A DNA stretch of 63,551 nucleotides, the filler included, from Atractiella rhizophila (lineage: Eukaryota): the NCBI GenBank assembly GCA_021432655.1. It is 9 parts of 9 records of this genome, joined end to end, with 100 filler letters (N's around TTAATTAATTAA, not from the genome) between each part and the next. Parts side by side here need not be neighbours in the genome. Positions count along the whole stretch, not along the records: positions 49,113 to 56,282 come from MU272232.1; positions 56,383 to 63,551 come from MU272233.1; 7 more parts are not named here. One strand, given 5' to 3'. The translations under genes and the position numbers were made by a program. Below are positions 49,113-63,551 of this stretch, in pieces; the first letter of the stretch is position 1; each line of letters begins with the position of its first letter. Under the pieces are notes generated by a model, which made no database searches, was not told where the DNA came from, and saw only the letters and a list, made by a program, of their open reading frames with translations.

Positions 49113-50366
49113 TCGGAGCCACGTTTTCTCTTTTGCTGGGAACACTACAACTCTTTCCTCCGACACCGTTCCAAAGCTTTAAGTTCACGACTCAGCTCTT
49201 TTTGTCTTTTTCGATTTTGTCCCTTTGGAACTTATTCGTCTCCCTGATCACGAAGGAAGGAGAACATCACCCATCCGCGTTCTTGGCTCTAGTAGGACAG
49301 ACTCTCACCTTTGTCCTCGCTTCGAGATCATTGTTGGCGCAAACGACGACCGAGTCCAACGTGGTGAGAGAGGAGGAGGTTGTGAATCAAGAGGAAGCGA
49401 CCGAAACCGCTCCTCTGCTTGCAGAGGGTGATCAGGACAGGCGGTCCCGATGGCGACGCATGCGGAAGAAGTTTCAGTCTCCTGAGACTGAGGTTGTTGC
49501 TACACTTTGTCAGATTTTATTGGTTGTTCCATTTCTCATCTGGTATACGTGCTGGAGGCTGGAGGAACCGCTTCCTTTTCCTCTTCACAGTGAGTTGCCA
49601 TTCTCTTCATCTGCAGGGACTAAGCTGCATCTGGTTTTCAGAAACATTTCTGGCTGTTCAACTCTTCCAACTTGTTGCTCTACCCTTTGCAGTTTTTGCC
49701 CGCAGACTCCCACGAATCGTCCCTGCCATCGTGCTCATCAGCACCATCATCCTCTTGGTGTCAAACATTGTGTCAATGCCCTACACCCCCGACCACCCAT
49801 TCAAACTCACATCCTTCAAACAATCGGTCAACATCAGCTCAGATTTTGTACAGTCCGATATTTACGTCGAAGCCCAGTACGAACAATATTTGAGGACAAT
49901 CTTAAGCGACATCCCCAATTTCAATATGAGCAAAACCTTGATTTATTATGATCTCAAGGTTGGAACGTGGCGCACTTCTACAAATGTGGAGTTCAAGGAT
50001 CGACCGACGACGGACTTTGGCGTTCAGATATCGCTGGTAAAACGCACCACGAACACTGTTACGCTTCGAGTGAAGGGTATCAATCCTACCCGTTGCACGC
50101 TTTCTCCATCAGACTACAGGAAGAAGATCGAGTATTCGTGGCCACCAATCGACGAATGGGATAAAGGGCTCGAGGTGCAAATTGTGGGTATTGAACAAAG
50201 TGAAAAATTTAGCGGACTCTTTCGATGCGATTGGGTGGAAGAAAGGTTTGGAAGCTATCCACTTATTGGAGATGGGGAGAAGGAAAAGTGGCTTCCCGAT
50301 TGGGCAGTGGTGATCGAATACCCTTACAATCACCGCTGGGCGTGGTCTAAATCCTTCGAAATCTAG
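49113..50366 (+). CDS. Multi-pass membrane protein, 3' part; resembles C-terminus of M28 vacuolar membrane protease (Pff1-like)
   Basis: Several TM segments, acidic loop with TETAPLL dileucine-like motif, MPYTPDHPFKL after last TM, LPDWAVV near the end. Catalytic domain not in window. Confidence 0.55.
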
Positions 50367-50456
50367 GTCATCCATGAATCCAGCTTGTAATACTGTTCTC
50401 TAACGATCGCAACGATGTAAACTGTACTTGTAGGAATCTATGACATGTAGAGGTTA

Positions 50457-52422
50457 TCACCAACTCTGTTTCCAGTTTCCTTTCATGCCTATCCCGCCAC
50501 GTAAAAGCTCTTGAATCACCATTCCCTCTTTGATCGTCTTTTGCACCTGTTCCTCATTCATGATCAATGATGCAAGCTGGCTACAATGTGGAACTTACGA
50601 TAAGCGGTACAAAGAACGGTGTCACCCGACCATACCACAATTGCGTTCCATTCGGAAAGGCGAGAATGACATTCCCTCTACGCGCCATCAGTGGAGTATT
50701 CTAAAGATCCATAAAGGAAAACTGACGCATATTTGTGACCTCCAATATGCGAGACCTTGAAAATCCCAGTCATATTCCCCTCCGCTGCCTCTTTCAGTCT
50801 TTTCATCAGTGCCTCTTCTCCCTCTCCCTCCCCTTCTGCCGTCTCTCCGGAATGGTGTACCCACTCGTCGCCTCGTTCATCTACCTCCCATCCTTCAGCT
50901 TCGAAGGCTTGACTGAAAGCTCGTATGAGAGACGGAGCGGTGAGATGACAGCGCTTGTCGCGCCGTTTGTGGCTACCTGTATGGAGTAACAGGTAAACAT
51001 CTATAGCGAGAACAGGATGCACAAAACTCACATAAGAGAACAACGACACGGTAGGGAAGGATGTAGCTTTTGAGTCGTGAGGAAGGGGAGGGCTTTCCCA
51101 ATCGGTCAACATCCATTCCTATGTACCTATCCCAACCGGAAACATCAAGATAACAAACTATCTAGCGAAGAAACAGACTAACCGCTCAACGGCCTCATCA
51201 ACTGACTCCTTGTCCATCGTTATCGGCGTCACGAGCCGAAAATCGGGGAAGACCATGACGCTTCCGTACTTATGCCTTTCTAATCCATCATCTTCCGTCT
51301 CATGAAAACTTGCATTCAAAATCGTCAACTTGTTTTCGACAAGGTGTCCACCATCCCAATTCTTATCAAACACTCCCACCACCTTCCCTCCCTTTCCTTC
51401 CACGTGACCAGTGATCTTCGCTCTTGCAATATCGACGAAGCCGGAGGCACGCTTGATCGTCTTCATCGGCGATTTGTGCGCGTGATGCGAGTAGGAAGAA
51501 CTCAAAAGACCGGCCAATGAAGAGCTATCGTCTGTCACATCTCTAGGCCAATCCGAAACGGAGGTGGAGACGAGTGCGAGGCGGTGGAAACCTTTCATGG
51601 AAGGGAACTAAGTAAATCATCAGCTACTTTGCACATGTCCAAAGTATTTCAAGCACGATGTCTATGATATATGCATGTTCGACATCTTTGAACCGCATAT
51701 GAGATGTTCAATGCAGAATGAAATATGTGTGCCATTTGGACGCGATTTCGTCACAGTCACAATCACACAGTCATTTTCATGTTCTCCAAAATGAAATGTT
51801 ATTCCCGGTGGAATTATAATCTTCGAGCACACGCTTGAATTTCACTCCAAATATGCCCGAGCAAGGACCATTGAGTATATTCAAACGGCTGGACAGGCTG
51901 CCTGTTGGATCCCGCACAATTTTGGACAACCTGAATGAAAAGCACATTTTTGCCGAAGTGCATTGTGGACCGACCCAATCTCATAATGCATGCCTTTGCA
52001 ACAGTAGCATATTGAATAGCATATTTCATGGCCCAAAGGTAGCTGGTAGAAAAATCAACGTAGGTTGCCGCATGTGGCAGCAAACACTTTCAGACAATCT
52101 CGACCTATCTCAATTTATGGTCTAACGAAGCTCTAGCTCCTTTGAAATTCAGCAAACAAAGTCACAAAAACGCCAACAAGTTGAGTTCCATCCATTGTCC
52201 CATTCGATGACAGTTTCACGGGAAAAGACGCACCATGACGCTTTCTAAATCGACCTCAACACCTTTAGGATACCCATTCTCGCCGACATCGTGGCCATCG
52301 CACGTCTCCCGCCAGTCACAACCCGCGCACTCATCTTTCAAGCTAACCACTGGAACGTTGATACCCTTGAGGGCGGAAACTGACTCCTGAGGAAGGTCTG
52401 GAGGGAGTATGACCTCTGCCAT
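50457..52422 (-). CDS. Sucrase/ferredoxin-like protein (Apd1/Aim32 family), multi-exon
   Basis: SHKRRDKRCHLTAP, SHIGGHKYA|GNVILAFPNGTQLWYGRVTP, ELLRGG, VMVFPDF. Confidence 0.88.
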
Positions 52423-52549
52423 CTTTTCTCCAAGGAATAGAGTTTATCAGATCGTACGTACTCCTCAAAAGGCAGTCTGTGACGTTGGGTTGGGTTGACA
52501 AGGAGAGGGCTGGAAGAAACGACGAAGTTGACAAGAAATCTCAGAAATT

Positions 52550-53452
52550 ATGGCCCTGCTTTATAAACCGAGTCCAATCAGCCTCCACACCTCCACCAGA
52601 TCCGCCTTTCTTCTGTCGCAGCTGAGGGCTGTTCCCCCGTTCTCTCCGCTCCGTCAGCAAACGCAGTCACAATTAGCTCGCTTACTCCTCACGCGACCGC
52701 TTTCATCTTCCCGTCGCCTGAACCAGCATCAACCCGTGCGGTTTGATACGTCGCTGTTTGTGGAGAAGCTGCAGAAGCAAGGGGGACTGTCCAGGGGACA
52801 GGCAGAGGGGTTGATGGTCATCCTGAAGGAGACGGTGGATGAAAGCGTTAAGGGGATGATGGAGGGACTAGTCTCTAGGACAACACATGAGAAGGTGTGT
52901 CCTTCCTCTGGGACCTGAAAGAGCAGATGTTGAGTGTATTGGTCGTGGGAAGTAGCACCAGTTCTCTCAAAAAGTTGACTTTGCCAAATTGAAGAGCGAG
53001 CTCCACCTGTACTCTAATACGGACTATCAAGCACTCAAAAGCGAGAATGAGCGTTTGCTTGCTGACATCGAATCCCTGAAGCGACGCCTAAACCAGGTTG
53101 GCCCCTCCCACACTCTCTGCTTTGCCATCACGCTTACTTGGGCTCGCAATAGGAAATCATGAAAACTCAAGGCGGGGTCCGCCTCGACCTCAATCTCGAG
53201 AAGGGACGGATAAGAGACGAGCTGACACAGAGGGATTTGAAGCTTAGGGAAGTAGATGCAAGGATTGAAAATGAAATTTCTGGGCTCAGGACAGCCATGG
53301 AGCAGATCAAGCTCAACATCGTCCAGTATCTCGTGGGTACGTATTCTTTGACCCTACCTTTCCTGGAACTGAGCACTGACGCTGATCGTACGATAGGGAC
53401 GCTGACTGGTTCTCTCGCATTGCTTCTCGCTTTCTTGAGGATGACTCGGTAG
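52550..53452 (+). CDS. Mitochondrial coiled-coil DUF1640 protein (Fmp32/CCDC90/MCUR1-like)
   Basis: Presequence-like N-terminus, FDTSLFVEKL...GLSRGQAE, QKVDFAKLKSEL, GVRLDLNLEKGRIRDE, C-terminal TM. Confidence 0.9.
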
Positions 53453-53909
53453 ACGACGTTGTCATAGATTTCGAGCATTTTAGGTCGTAGTTCAATTGGG
53501 GTATTAATTGGCGCATGTATCTACCTGGATAGACTTGCCAGCATGTTGTAATCCATACAATCTTCTTCGCTGGAAGACGGGAGGGCGGATTGGTGAAATG
53601 GAACCAACCAGAGCAACAAAGTTGAACGTATGAATTTTCATCGCTAGATAGATAGCAGGGTTGGACCTGTAAAGTCAGAACTCCATGTCCACATACATAT
53701 ATTCCTGACAATAACGATCAAACTCGTAGAGGATGGTTGAACTGTAAAAGAAAACGTGAGTATCAGCACTTTGGCGTTGAGGCCACCGAAACCGTCGCTG
53801 CATGCCATGGGAACCTGGAGGTAAAGTGCTGAAAGATCGTAGTTGGAGATAGGAGATGAGATTCGAAAGCTAGCTAGCTGGAAACAGAAGCGTGAGTAGC
53901 ATAAGTCCG

Positions 53910-55872
<1,963 letters not shown>

Positions 55873-55971
55873 TTGCTCAGTTCTTTGACTTTTTGGATTG
55901 AAGTATCTTCGTCGTTTTTGCTGCGGTTCAAACTTTTGTTTGCTGGAACCAGACCTGATCAAACAACCACG

Positions 55972-56282
55972 ATGCCAAACGATGAGACTACACTCGCTTT
56001 CCTGGCTTCAATCTATTCGTCCGAGGCACCAAAGGGCAAGTCGGTACGCTCTATGTTGGCGTAAAAACCTATCTGATCAATCGCATCTGTGGTTTGCAGC
56101 TCGCAGATGGAGTAAATGATCTCCTTGCCTCTCTCAAGGGAAAGGAAGCATCTGTGCTTGGAAAAGACGAAGTGCAGCAAAAGGAGACGCGAAGGTGGAT
56201 CGAGAAGCTCAAGGATGGGAAGCTAGATACGAAGGTGCGAACGTTTATCCCTTGCATTGGGCTGGAAACGAAATAGTTGGAT
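55972..56282 (+). CDS. Hypothetical protein 5' end (possibly Arc1/GST-like N-terminal domain), truncated
   Basis: ATG with two GT donors giving MPNDETTLAFLASIY...VLGKDEVQQKETRRWIEKL; family assignment weak. Confidence 0.4.
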
Positions 56283-56382
56283 NNNNNNNNNNNNNNNNNN
56301 NNNNNNNNNNNNNNNNNNNNNNNNNNTTAATTAATTAANNNNNNNNNNNNNNNNNNNNNNNNNNNNNNNNNNNNNNNNNNNN
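56283..56382. other. Artificial contig spacer
   Basis: 44N-TTAATTAATTAA-44N. Confidence 0.98.
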
Positions 56383-57082
56383 GGTCGACCGTCCCGGGGC
56401 GACTTCGTCAAGAATTGGCTGTCGGACGGCGGAACGAGCGTGGAAGCCTGGCTGAGCGATGTGGAGGAGCGAAAGGAGCCCTATGCAGGATTTAATTTTT
56501 TATTTGGAACCCTGAATCCATTGAAGTTGGCGTATGTCACCAATCGGAGTGGGAAGGGAGGGAGGGTGTTGGTTCAGGAGGGAGAGATGGGTCTCACGAA
56601 TAACACGCTCGATGATCCGAAGTGCTGGCAGAAGACAGAGATTGGACTTGCCGCGTTCAAGAGAGTTCTTGAAGACGAAAAGGAGGAAAAGGAGCTAATC
56701 AAGGAACTGTGGGAGGTTATTTCGTGAGCATTTCCCTCAGGCTCTCCCCCTCCGGTCTGATGAGCTATCCAACCCGACAACCTATAGACAACCGTCAATT
56801 AAAGGGAGCACAAATAGAGGGGAGATTAGACAGACCGTCCTCGTCCCTCCCATGCCGTTCCCGGATCCTTATGGAACATATGCAACAAAGGTACAAACGA
56901 TGATCCTTTTGGAACGTATGGAGACGAAGGAGGGAAAGAGGAGGCTCGTCTTTATTGAACGCGACGGCTTTGTACTTGATGAAGATGGAAATGCGAATTG
57001 GAGTGGGGAGGAACGGAATTTTGAGGTAGAAGTTCCTATCCTTGTGAGTGGACATTGTTTCCAGCACGTTACGTTTGGCTGA
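56383..57082 (+). CDS. TANGO2/NRDE (DUF833) family protein, 3' part
   Basis: SRGDFVKNWL, YAGFNFLFG, YVTNR, GLTNNTLDD..WQKT, YATKVQTMILL...FIERD. Confidence 0.8.
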
Positions 57083-57400
57083 TGTTTGGAAAGACCGCAT
57101 AAGCAATGGCGCCGCCCAATAAAAACTGTTGTAAAACATTGGTCGAGACTAATATAAATGTCATTGCATTCACTAATTGAATTCAACTATTTTTGCAACA
57201 TTTGGTTCCGCTTTGGCGTTGACTTTTGAAGATGTGAACAACATATGAGAATGATCTGGCAACATACTGAAAGATAAAAGGGGTATGGCGAGGGGCAACA
57301 ACATGGTGCGGTATAACAATGGTAGGGGTATATCTTCAACGATGAACACATAAGCAGAAGATCACATTTCGAAAGAACCCAAAAGAAGAGACTTCACGAT

Positions 57401-58731
57401 TTAAGAGCCATGGTAGAAAACGCAAAGCTCCACATCGACTGTGCCGATTCTCGTATCTCCAAAAGAAGCCGCCAATGCTGCATTCCATACCTCGAGGGGT
57501 AACAAATGCATGAATTTGGCGTTGATTTTCCTGAGATGGCCCCTGCGCGGATTGAGGAGGATTCTGAGAAAAGCAAGATAGTCGTTCCCAAAGTCCATGC
57601 TCAGGATATGAGGAACACAGTCCACTTCTGTGAAATTCGGAATGATGTGAGGCGCTTCAAGGTGTTGGAGCTTGAAACACGCTGGAAAGTCGTCGGGTAG
57701 CTCCAGAGCGCCATTTCGATTTGTCGTCGTGATTGAAAGACTGCGAAGGTTGCGTGAAGCCGGCCCAATGATGTCGTATAGGTCTCTTATCGCTGTTCCA
57801 TTCTCCATGTTCGCCTCTGGTCGCACCTCACATCCTAAATGCTGGATCCTTTCGAAACCTCCCCGCAACATGTTCGCTACTCCGAGCGCGTGATTTGCTG
57901 GTCTCCTCCCCCGTCCGACTGGCAGCGAGACACCCAAATAATTGAGCCTGAAAGCAACCCTGAAACCTTCTGGAGCGTAGCAGACGAATTTGGAGGAAAG
58001 GTCCAGTCGAAGTGTGTGGAGATACTTCAAAGGAGTCAGAACGAGAATGATCATCTCGAGCGTAGGTGGCCAGCGGAGCGTGAGTGACGTAAGGCGAGCG
58101 AGCGCTCCAACCGCAAGAGAGAGGTCTGTCACATTCCTCGTAGCGGACCAGTACATGTAATCGAGCTCAATCTCTTCCACCAACGAGCACCTTCGCAGAA
58201 GGAAGCCAAACATGGCACCAAGCTGGATTTGCTCCTGTGGTCTGTCCACATTGGGTGCAAGTTGTAAAACCATTTCGGTGACGGAATCATAGAGCGTTTC
58301 GTCTACTTCAAATACTTGACGAATGGATGGGTAAGAGATGGTATTTCGACCAATTTGGGTCTGTTGGATTTGAGAGAGTGCAGTGATACAGACGCGGGAA
58401 AAGTAGGCGCGACGAACTAGCGCTGTCCAACTACTATGCACTGTCGAGAGCTCTACACTCCCCATCGCATCAGATGGTGATTTGCACAGGAAAGCAAAGG
58501 CGAACGACGCCAGACCCTGAGACGCCCTGCCCTGTCGTCTCGTCTCAAGAATCGCAAGGTCCAATTCAGCTCTCGACATGTTCGTTCATCGGCTGCAGCC
58601 TGAAATACGAATCTGAAAATGCGCTCCTTCAAGTGCTCAGACAAGTCCTGGAAAGCAGGACCGCGTTGCCTTGAGCTATGCAAGAAGGAATGAGGGGTTG
58701 AGCGCTGGGGTGGTGGACGGTACCAGGCCAT
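57401..58731 (-). CDS. F-box-like / LRR-like hypothetical protein
   Basis: FQDLSEHLKERIFRFV joined through a 53-nt intron (GTTCGC...CTGAT...TAG, ~58453-58505) to LSTVHSSWTALVRRAYF; downstream LxxLxL repeats (LTSLTL, LHTLRL, LRSLSI). Confidence 0.65.
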
Positions 58732-59699
58732 GCTCGTTTTCGAGCTCGTTGTGTGTTTGATCAGGACGCCAAAGTTCTATCTGACCTCTCCATAGATATC
58801 GGTGAACCGAAGGCTGAAGGGAGATCTGCCGATTCAGCCCTGTTGACGACAGTTTAACAATTTGAGGAGAATTTTGAACCTACGGGGTAATAAAACATGA
58901 TACTATCCGCTGAGTAACTGAGCTTCAACTCAGCTTTCAGTTTGAGGAAATTTAGATTTGACAGAAATTGAAGCGTTTAGACGCAAACACTTCGCCTTTG
59001 CTTTCACGTTCAATCAACGTCCGCAAAACTCGTGCTTGATTGGCCCTACAATATTATCTGATATTGTTCAATGAGGTTGCACGCCTACGCCTCTTCCTGG
59101 CGGCTGGCGAGCTAGCCGACGCGATCCAAACGATACACCCGCGTTCTCGTAGCCGATTTTCGACAAACATGGAACAACTCCACGAAATGTTTGGTGGTTT
59201 GGACCGAGAATTCCTTGAGCAAGAAGCAGAAAGACTTCCCTAATTGTTCCCAACAAACACGCACTGACATAAGAAGAACAAACTAGAGGATGACTACACG
59301 CCGTCTGACCTGTTCGACATGGAGCTCTTTTAGAGTGCGAGTTGATACGAGCTGACGAGATAACTGGCGAGGAGGTTCGAAAAGATGGATAAGGCCAAGG
59401 AAGGAGGATGGTGTTGTTTAATATGGCTTGGATGGCGAGTTTGACCTGTCAGTGTGGAGCCGTGTGTTCAATTTCCCCAGAATTCCTGTCCTAAATTATG
59501 CAAGTTTGCGCAAGAAGGGATGTTGTTGCAGCTGTGAAAAGCCGGAGGAGGAATGTTTGCACCAACCCTCTTTAAAGGTCTTGATGCCATGTTGCCTGCA
59601 GATCGGTCGACGGTAGAGAACTGCAGCTTACTCTTTTCTTGCGACATGTCACCAAATAGTGGTATATTTGAACGTTGTCAATAGTAGACAGCAAAATTA

Positions 59700-60566
59700 C
59701 GCTGCACAACTCAGATCACTTGTTCTGGAGCAGCCATTATGCCACAATTTGTCGGAGCCTCTTTGTAAAGAAGTCGTTTTTCTCCATCGTGATTCAAATC
59801 AGTTTAGCTCGTTGGCGATTTGTCACTTGAGAGTAGACCGAGAGAGCTCCCATAACATGGCTATCAGAAATGACAAAACATCATTCGCCTCTAAGTTATC
59901 GAGAGTTCAACTGTGAAAGAGATCTCGCTAGGCTCTTCCGGTGGACATAATGTTGAGGTTGAGGTCGAACGCTTTGGTGACCTTACCAGAGCGGAGTGAC
60001 GGAGAGCTCAGGCGCGATAGGTTCAAGGAAACATCAATTTTACTGCTGTATACGAATGTCCATCGACCATTGGCTAAGGTCGCTTCGTCGAGCTGCCTCT
60101 TGTCTGAGTAAAGCTTTGGTGCGAGGAGAAAGGGGGTTAAGATCCGTTTCAATGCAAAATCACTTCTTCACCGTTATTTCAACATCCTCCACCACTTGTT
60201 GAAACGATTCTTTTGTCTTTTGCGCACGCAGGCCTCGATGGCCTCTCGCAAAGAAGGGACATCGGCTTCCTCCAGCAGATATTGGTTTTCTCTGTTGATA
60301 TCGGCAAGTTGCTGTTCAAGTGTCTGAACCCTTTGCTTGAGGGCTTCATTGATCGCGCGTCGAGCCGCTGCACATTCGTTGGAGGTGCAGGGGTATGAAG
60401 AAGATGGTGTTAAGGGCTGGGCAAGCGAATTGCAAAAAGGAATCGGGTGATAACCGTCCGCTTGAATCTCGACGTTGTCTCCTCCGACAATTAAGGAACT
60501 TGGAGGGGTGAGAGGACTCGGATCCTGGCTGCTTTCTCTCTCCATTGAGTATACAGCGCCATCCAT
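59700..60566 (-). pseudogene. Decayed ORF with several in-frame stops
   Basis: ORFs 60174-60566 and 59928-60152 are in the same frame, and protein-like text continues through further TGA/TAG stops. Confidence 0.4.
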
Positions 60567-62622
60567 ATGTTACTCGTGGCGGTTGGTACTGGGGATAGAG
60601 CGGACGACCGCACCCTTTTGCGAGTAATGGCAAATATTGGAATGGTGTCGCTTGGTAGGTCAACTTGACTTAGTTTCTTCCTGGATCAGTTCACTTCGAT
60701 TCGAGGGGCAGGAAGAGGAGCTTACAAGATGGAGGATGTGTTTGTGAAGGGACAAAGCAAACTTGAAGACCTTTAGAGTTGCTTGAAGATGCTGCCGAAG
60801 GAATGTGTGGACTGGCGCAAGCAGGAAGCTCTGGGGTCTTAGAGACTCCGAAGTCTAGCCCTGCCTCTTATGAGTTCTCTCATAGACTTCCCGCCTCCTT
60901 TCTCGTGAGAAACGGAGCTAGCTGGCGTGGGAACGGGAAACAAAACGGTATCAAACTTTATGGATATTGCAACGCCGATTTTCAACCTGTTATTCATCCT
61001 CAACCACTTTCGTCTGGCGCACATCAGTAATCAGACACTCTCAGCCCTTTCTTTACTCAACGACGAACAGGATCCTCAGCTATGTCTTGCCCTTGCCTGC
61101 TGGAACACTTTCGTTTTCTTGAGTGGATTTTGGCAGGCGACGAGCGAGATGATAAGGAGGGTGCCTTAAAAGCACACCAAAGGAAGAAGGAGAGGAAGCG
61201 CCCTCTGATGCGAAAATTAGGGCGGGAGAAAGCTATATACCACCGTAATCAAGTTACTCCTGAGAAGGTATGGACAGAGAAAAGCGACAACGGAGACGTC
61301 ATATTGCTCACGAAGTTCAGATCTGGAGAAGGTGAGGGTTCCTCTGCGGGCTCAAGAACCAGCTAACTTGATATCCAAGTCGTGGTTGACAACTCGCCCT
61401 CTACCTTGTTGAAGGCAAGAAGCGGACCTAGTGAGGTGTTCTTCTCTATGCATTGTTCGTCAGCTGAATCAACCCTTCCAGTGAATAACAAATCACGCCC
61501 AAGGATCCCCAAAATACTTGATTTCGACTTCGTTAGACGGTTGCATCTTCCTGTTTGGCTTGAATCGCTCCGCCAAAAAGGCAACCGAATCGAAGGCCGC
61601 TGGATCACTCGATTCACCAACGGCGCGCTGGTCACCTTCACTAAATGGAGATTTGGTCAAGGTATGTGGAAAGTGACCGGATGGTCACGGGCTTACAGAT
61701 TCTGTAGTGACTTGGGAGAGCCATACCGAAGGCTACGTGTACGGCTGCATCGAAACTGACGTTTACATGGCTGGTACGACCCTCAATCTCAGTCCTTTTC
61801 GTTTAGCTGACAGGGAAAGCAGCGCAGTATAGCCTCGAGGCCGGCAAGAATAAACATCTTTTCAGGAGACTTGGACTCTCCGACGGTCAATGATGAGCGC
61901 TCGATGAGCGTTCGACCTCCAACGATCGCGGCTCCCCTTCGTATCGCGCTGCCCGATTTGCAGTCCTCAATACTCTGACGTGTAACCATTGCTTGTTTCG
62001 TTTACTTATCATATTCGTTCTCTCAGCGTACGATTATTTCGATTTCGATTTCATCTGCTGCTGTTCTTTTTCCGTTCCCTTTGCTTCTCCCAGATCACTG
62101 TTTGCGACTGCTTCTACTTTTGTGGAGCATCGAAAAAGACTTGTCCTGTTCCACCGGTGGGACATTTCTTAGTGAAGGAAGTATCCTGCCAAGACGAAGC
62201 AACGGCACGGCTGGGTAATGTGTCGAAGAACATCTATGCATATTCGAGGAGCACAAAATGGTCGGGCGTCACAGAACATGATGTCGAGTAGGGGCAACAG
62301 AACAGACCCCTTCAATCAATCAAACAAGGGAGACATGGAAGCTCGCAGTCAAGTCCAACGAACGAAATTTGAAGGGAATGGGAGGCACTGGATATACCGG
62401 ACGATTGAAAATCAACACCAGCCTGAATCACTGTTTCCATAAATTGAAGATGAAGTATGGGATTATTAAAGCTCCTCTAAGAACAAACTGAAGCTCAAGA
62501 CGTAACTTAGATCGTTGAACATCCCGGATACGGACGAAACCTGCTTTACTATCGTCAATCCTTTAATCTCGAGTGTGACAACGAGAGGGACAGCGACTTA
62601 CCCGACTATGTCAGCGCTGTGC

Positions 62623-63551
62623 TTAGAAGACATCTCTTTCTCCTCCACTCCTTCCTGGGGTAGCTTCTCTCTTGTTCTCCTCAGCCAACGCCGCGCTCCT
62701 TCCCCGCGAACTCTCCCCTCCACCAGTATAGATAGTTTGGTGATCCGGCGGTGTTCCAGCTTCCATAGTATCATCGATCCCCAACTGGTCCCTCATCCTC
62801 TGTAAGAGCTCTGGAACGAGAGTGTTTCCCTCTTCCACTGCTCCACCTCCAACCCGAATTCCGAGTCCTGCACCAGGTACATAGTCATCTCCATCTTCGT
62901 CGTCGTCATCATTATTAGTAAAGACGTGCGTAGACAAATTCGAGTTCGACGGAACACGTTGATTTCCATTCACGCCAGTGGGCGGGATTGGAGACGTAGG
63001 AGAGCCATTGTCGAAAGTGACGGGGAAAATGGGAGCGACGCTCAAGCCTCCTGACGTCCCATTTCTCACGCTTCCGGGCCGCGAGGCTCCTTCATTCCTG
63101 ATGCTCCCAGGCCTCGATCCCCGATTTCTACCCGTTATGGCGAAAGGCACAGAGTTTCCATTCGCGCCCGAGATGATGATGGAGGACCGTCTATTATCGA
63201 CTTCTTGATGGAATGCTTCTTCGTTGACGGGATCGATGGTGGGCATAGGAGGGATGGGGTGGCGAGGGAGCGGGTTGGATGTCGCCACAAGTGTTCCGGT
63301 GCCTGCTTCAGGGTCGAAGCTGGGCGACATCCCGCCATCTGGAGGGACTGAGGTAAGTGGACCGGCTTTATCGTCGTCATCTGTTGAGTGCTCTTCCTCT
63401 ACCGGTTCTGGGTCGATCTCTACGTCCGCGTCCAGGTTGGCGAAAGTCCGACAGAGGGGACAGTTGAAGCCTGGATAATGGAGGTTGATCATTGGCCGTA
63501 TACACTACTTCCTAACTCAATACCATATTCCAATTCCAAAGGAGAGAAAAG
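62623..63551 (-). CDS. RING E3 ligase C-terminal part (Dma1-like FHA-RING), 5' truncated
   Basis: CIRPMINLHYPGFNCPLCRTFANLDADVE matches the end of the Dma1-type RING, followed by a disordered tail. Confidence 0.75.

Noticed and set aside
58453..58579. Apparent frameshift between two F-box-like ORFs
   Set aside because: Explained by a normal 53-nt intron with a branch site.

Overview
Eukaryotic, intron-rich fungal genomic DNA (basidiomycete-like gene style, mostly ~45-75 nt GT-AG introns). The window is not one locus: nine unrelated contigs (1-7248, 7349-14595, 14696-19774, 19875-27101, 27202-34425, 34526-41731, 41832-49012, 49113-56282, 56383-63551) are joined by an artificial 100-nt spacer (44 N + TTAATTAATTAA + 44 N), so gene neighbourhood across spacers is meaningless. 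It holds about 30 mostly housekeeping or metabolic genes, many cut by contig ends. The most unusual items are: (i) an 11-finger C2H2-type zinc-finger gene built from identical 78-nt symmetric exons with a two-exon periodicity; (ii) an apparent box H/ACA snoRNA in the long intron of a NOP15-like gene, with two plausible LSU rRNA targets; (iii) a decaying tandem triplication of an unrecognised intron-containing gene; (iv) a strongly divergent beta-tubulin. All calls come from manual reading and motif recognition; no database search was run.
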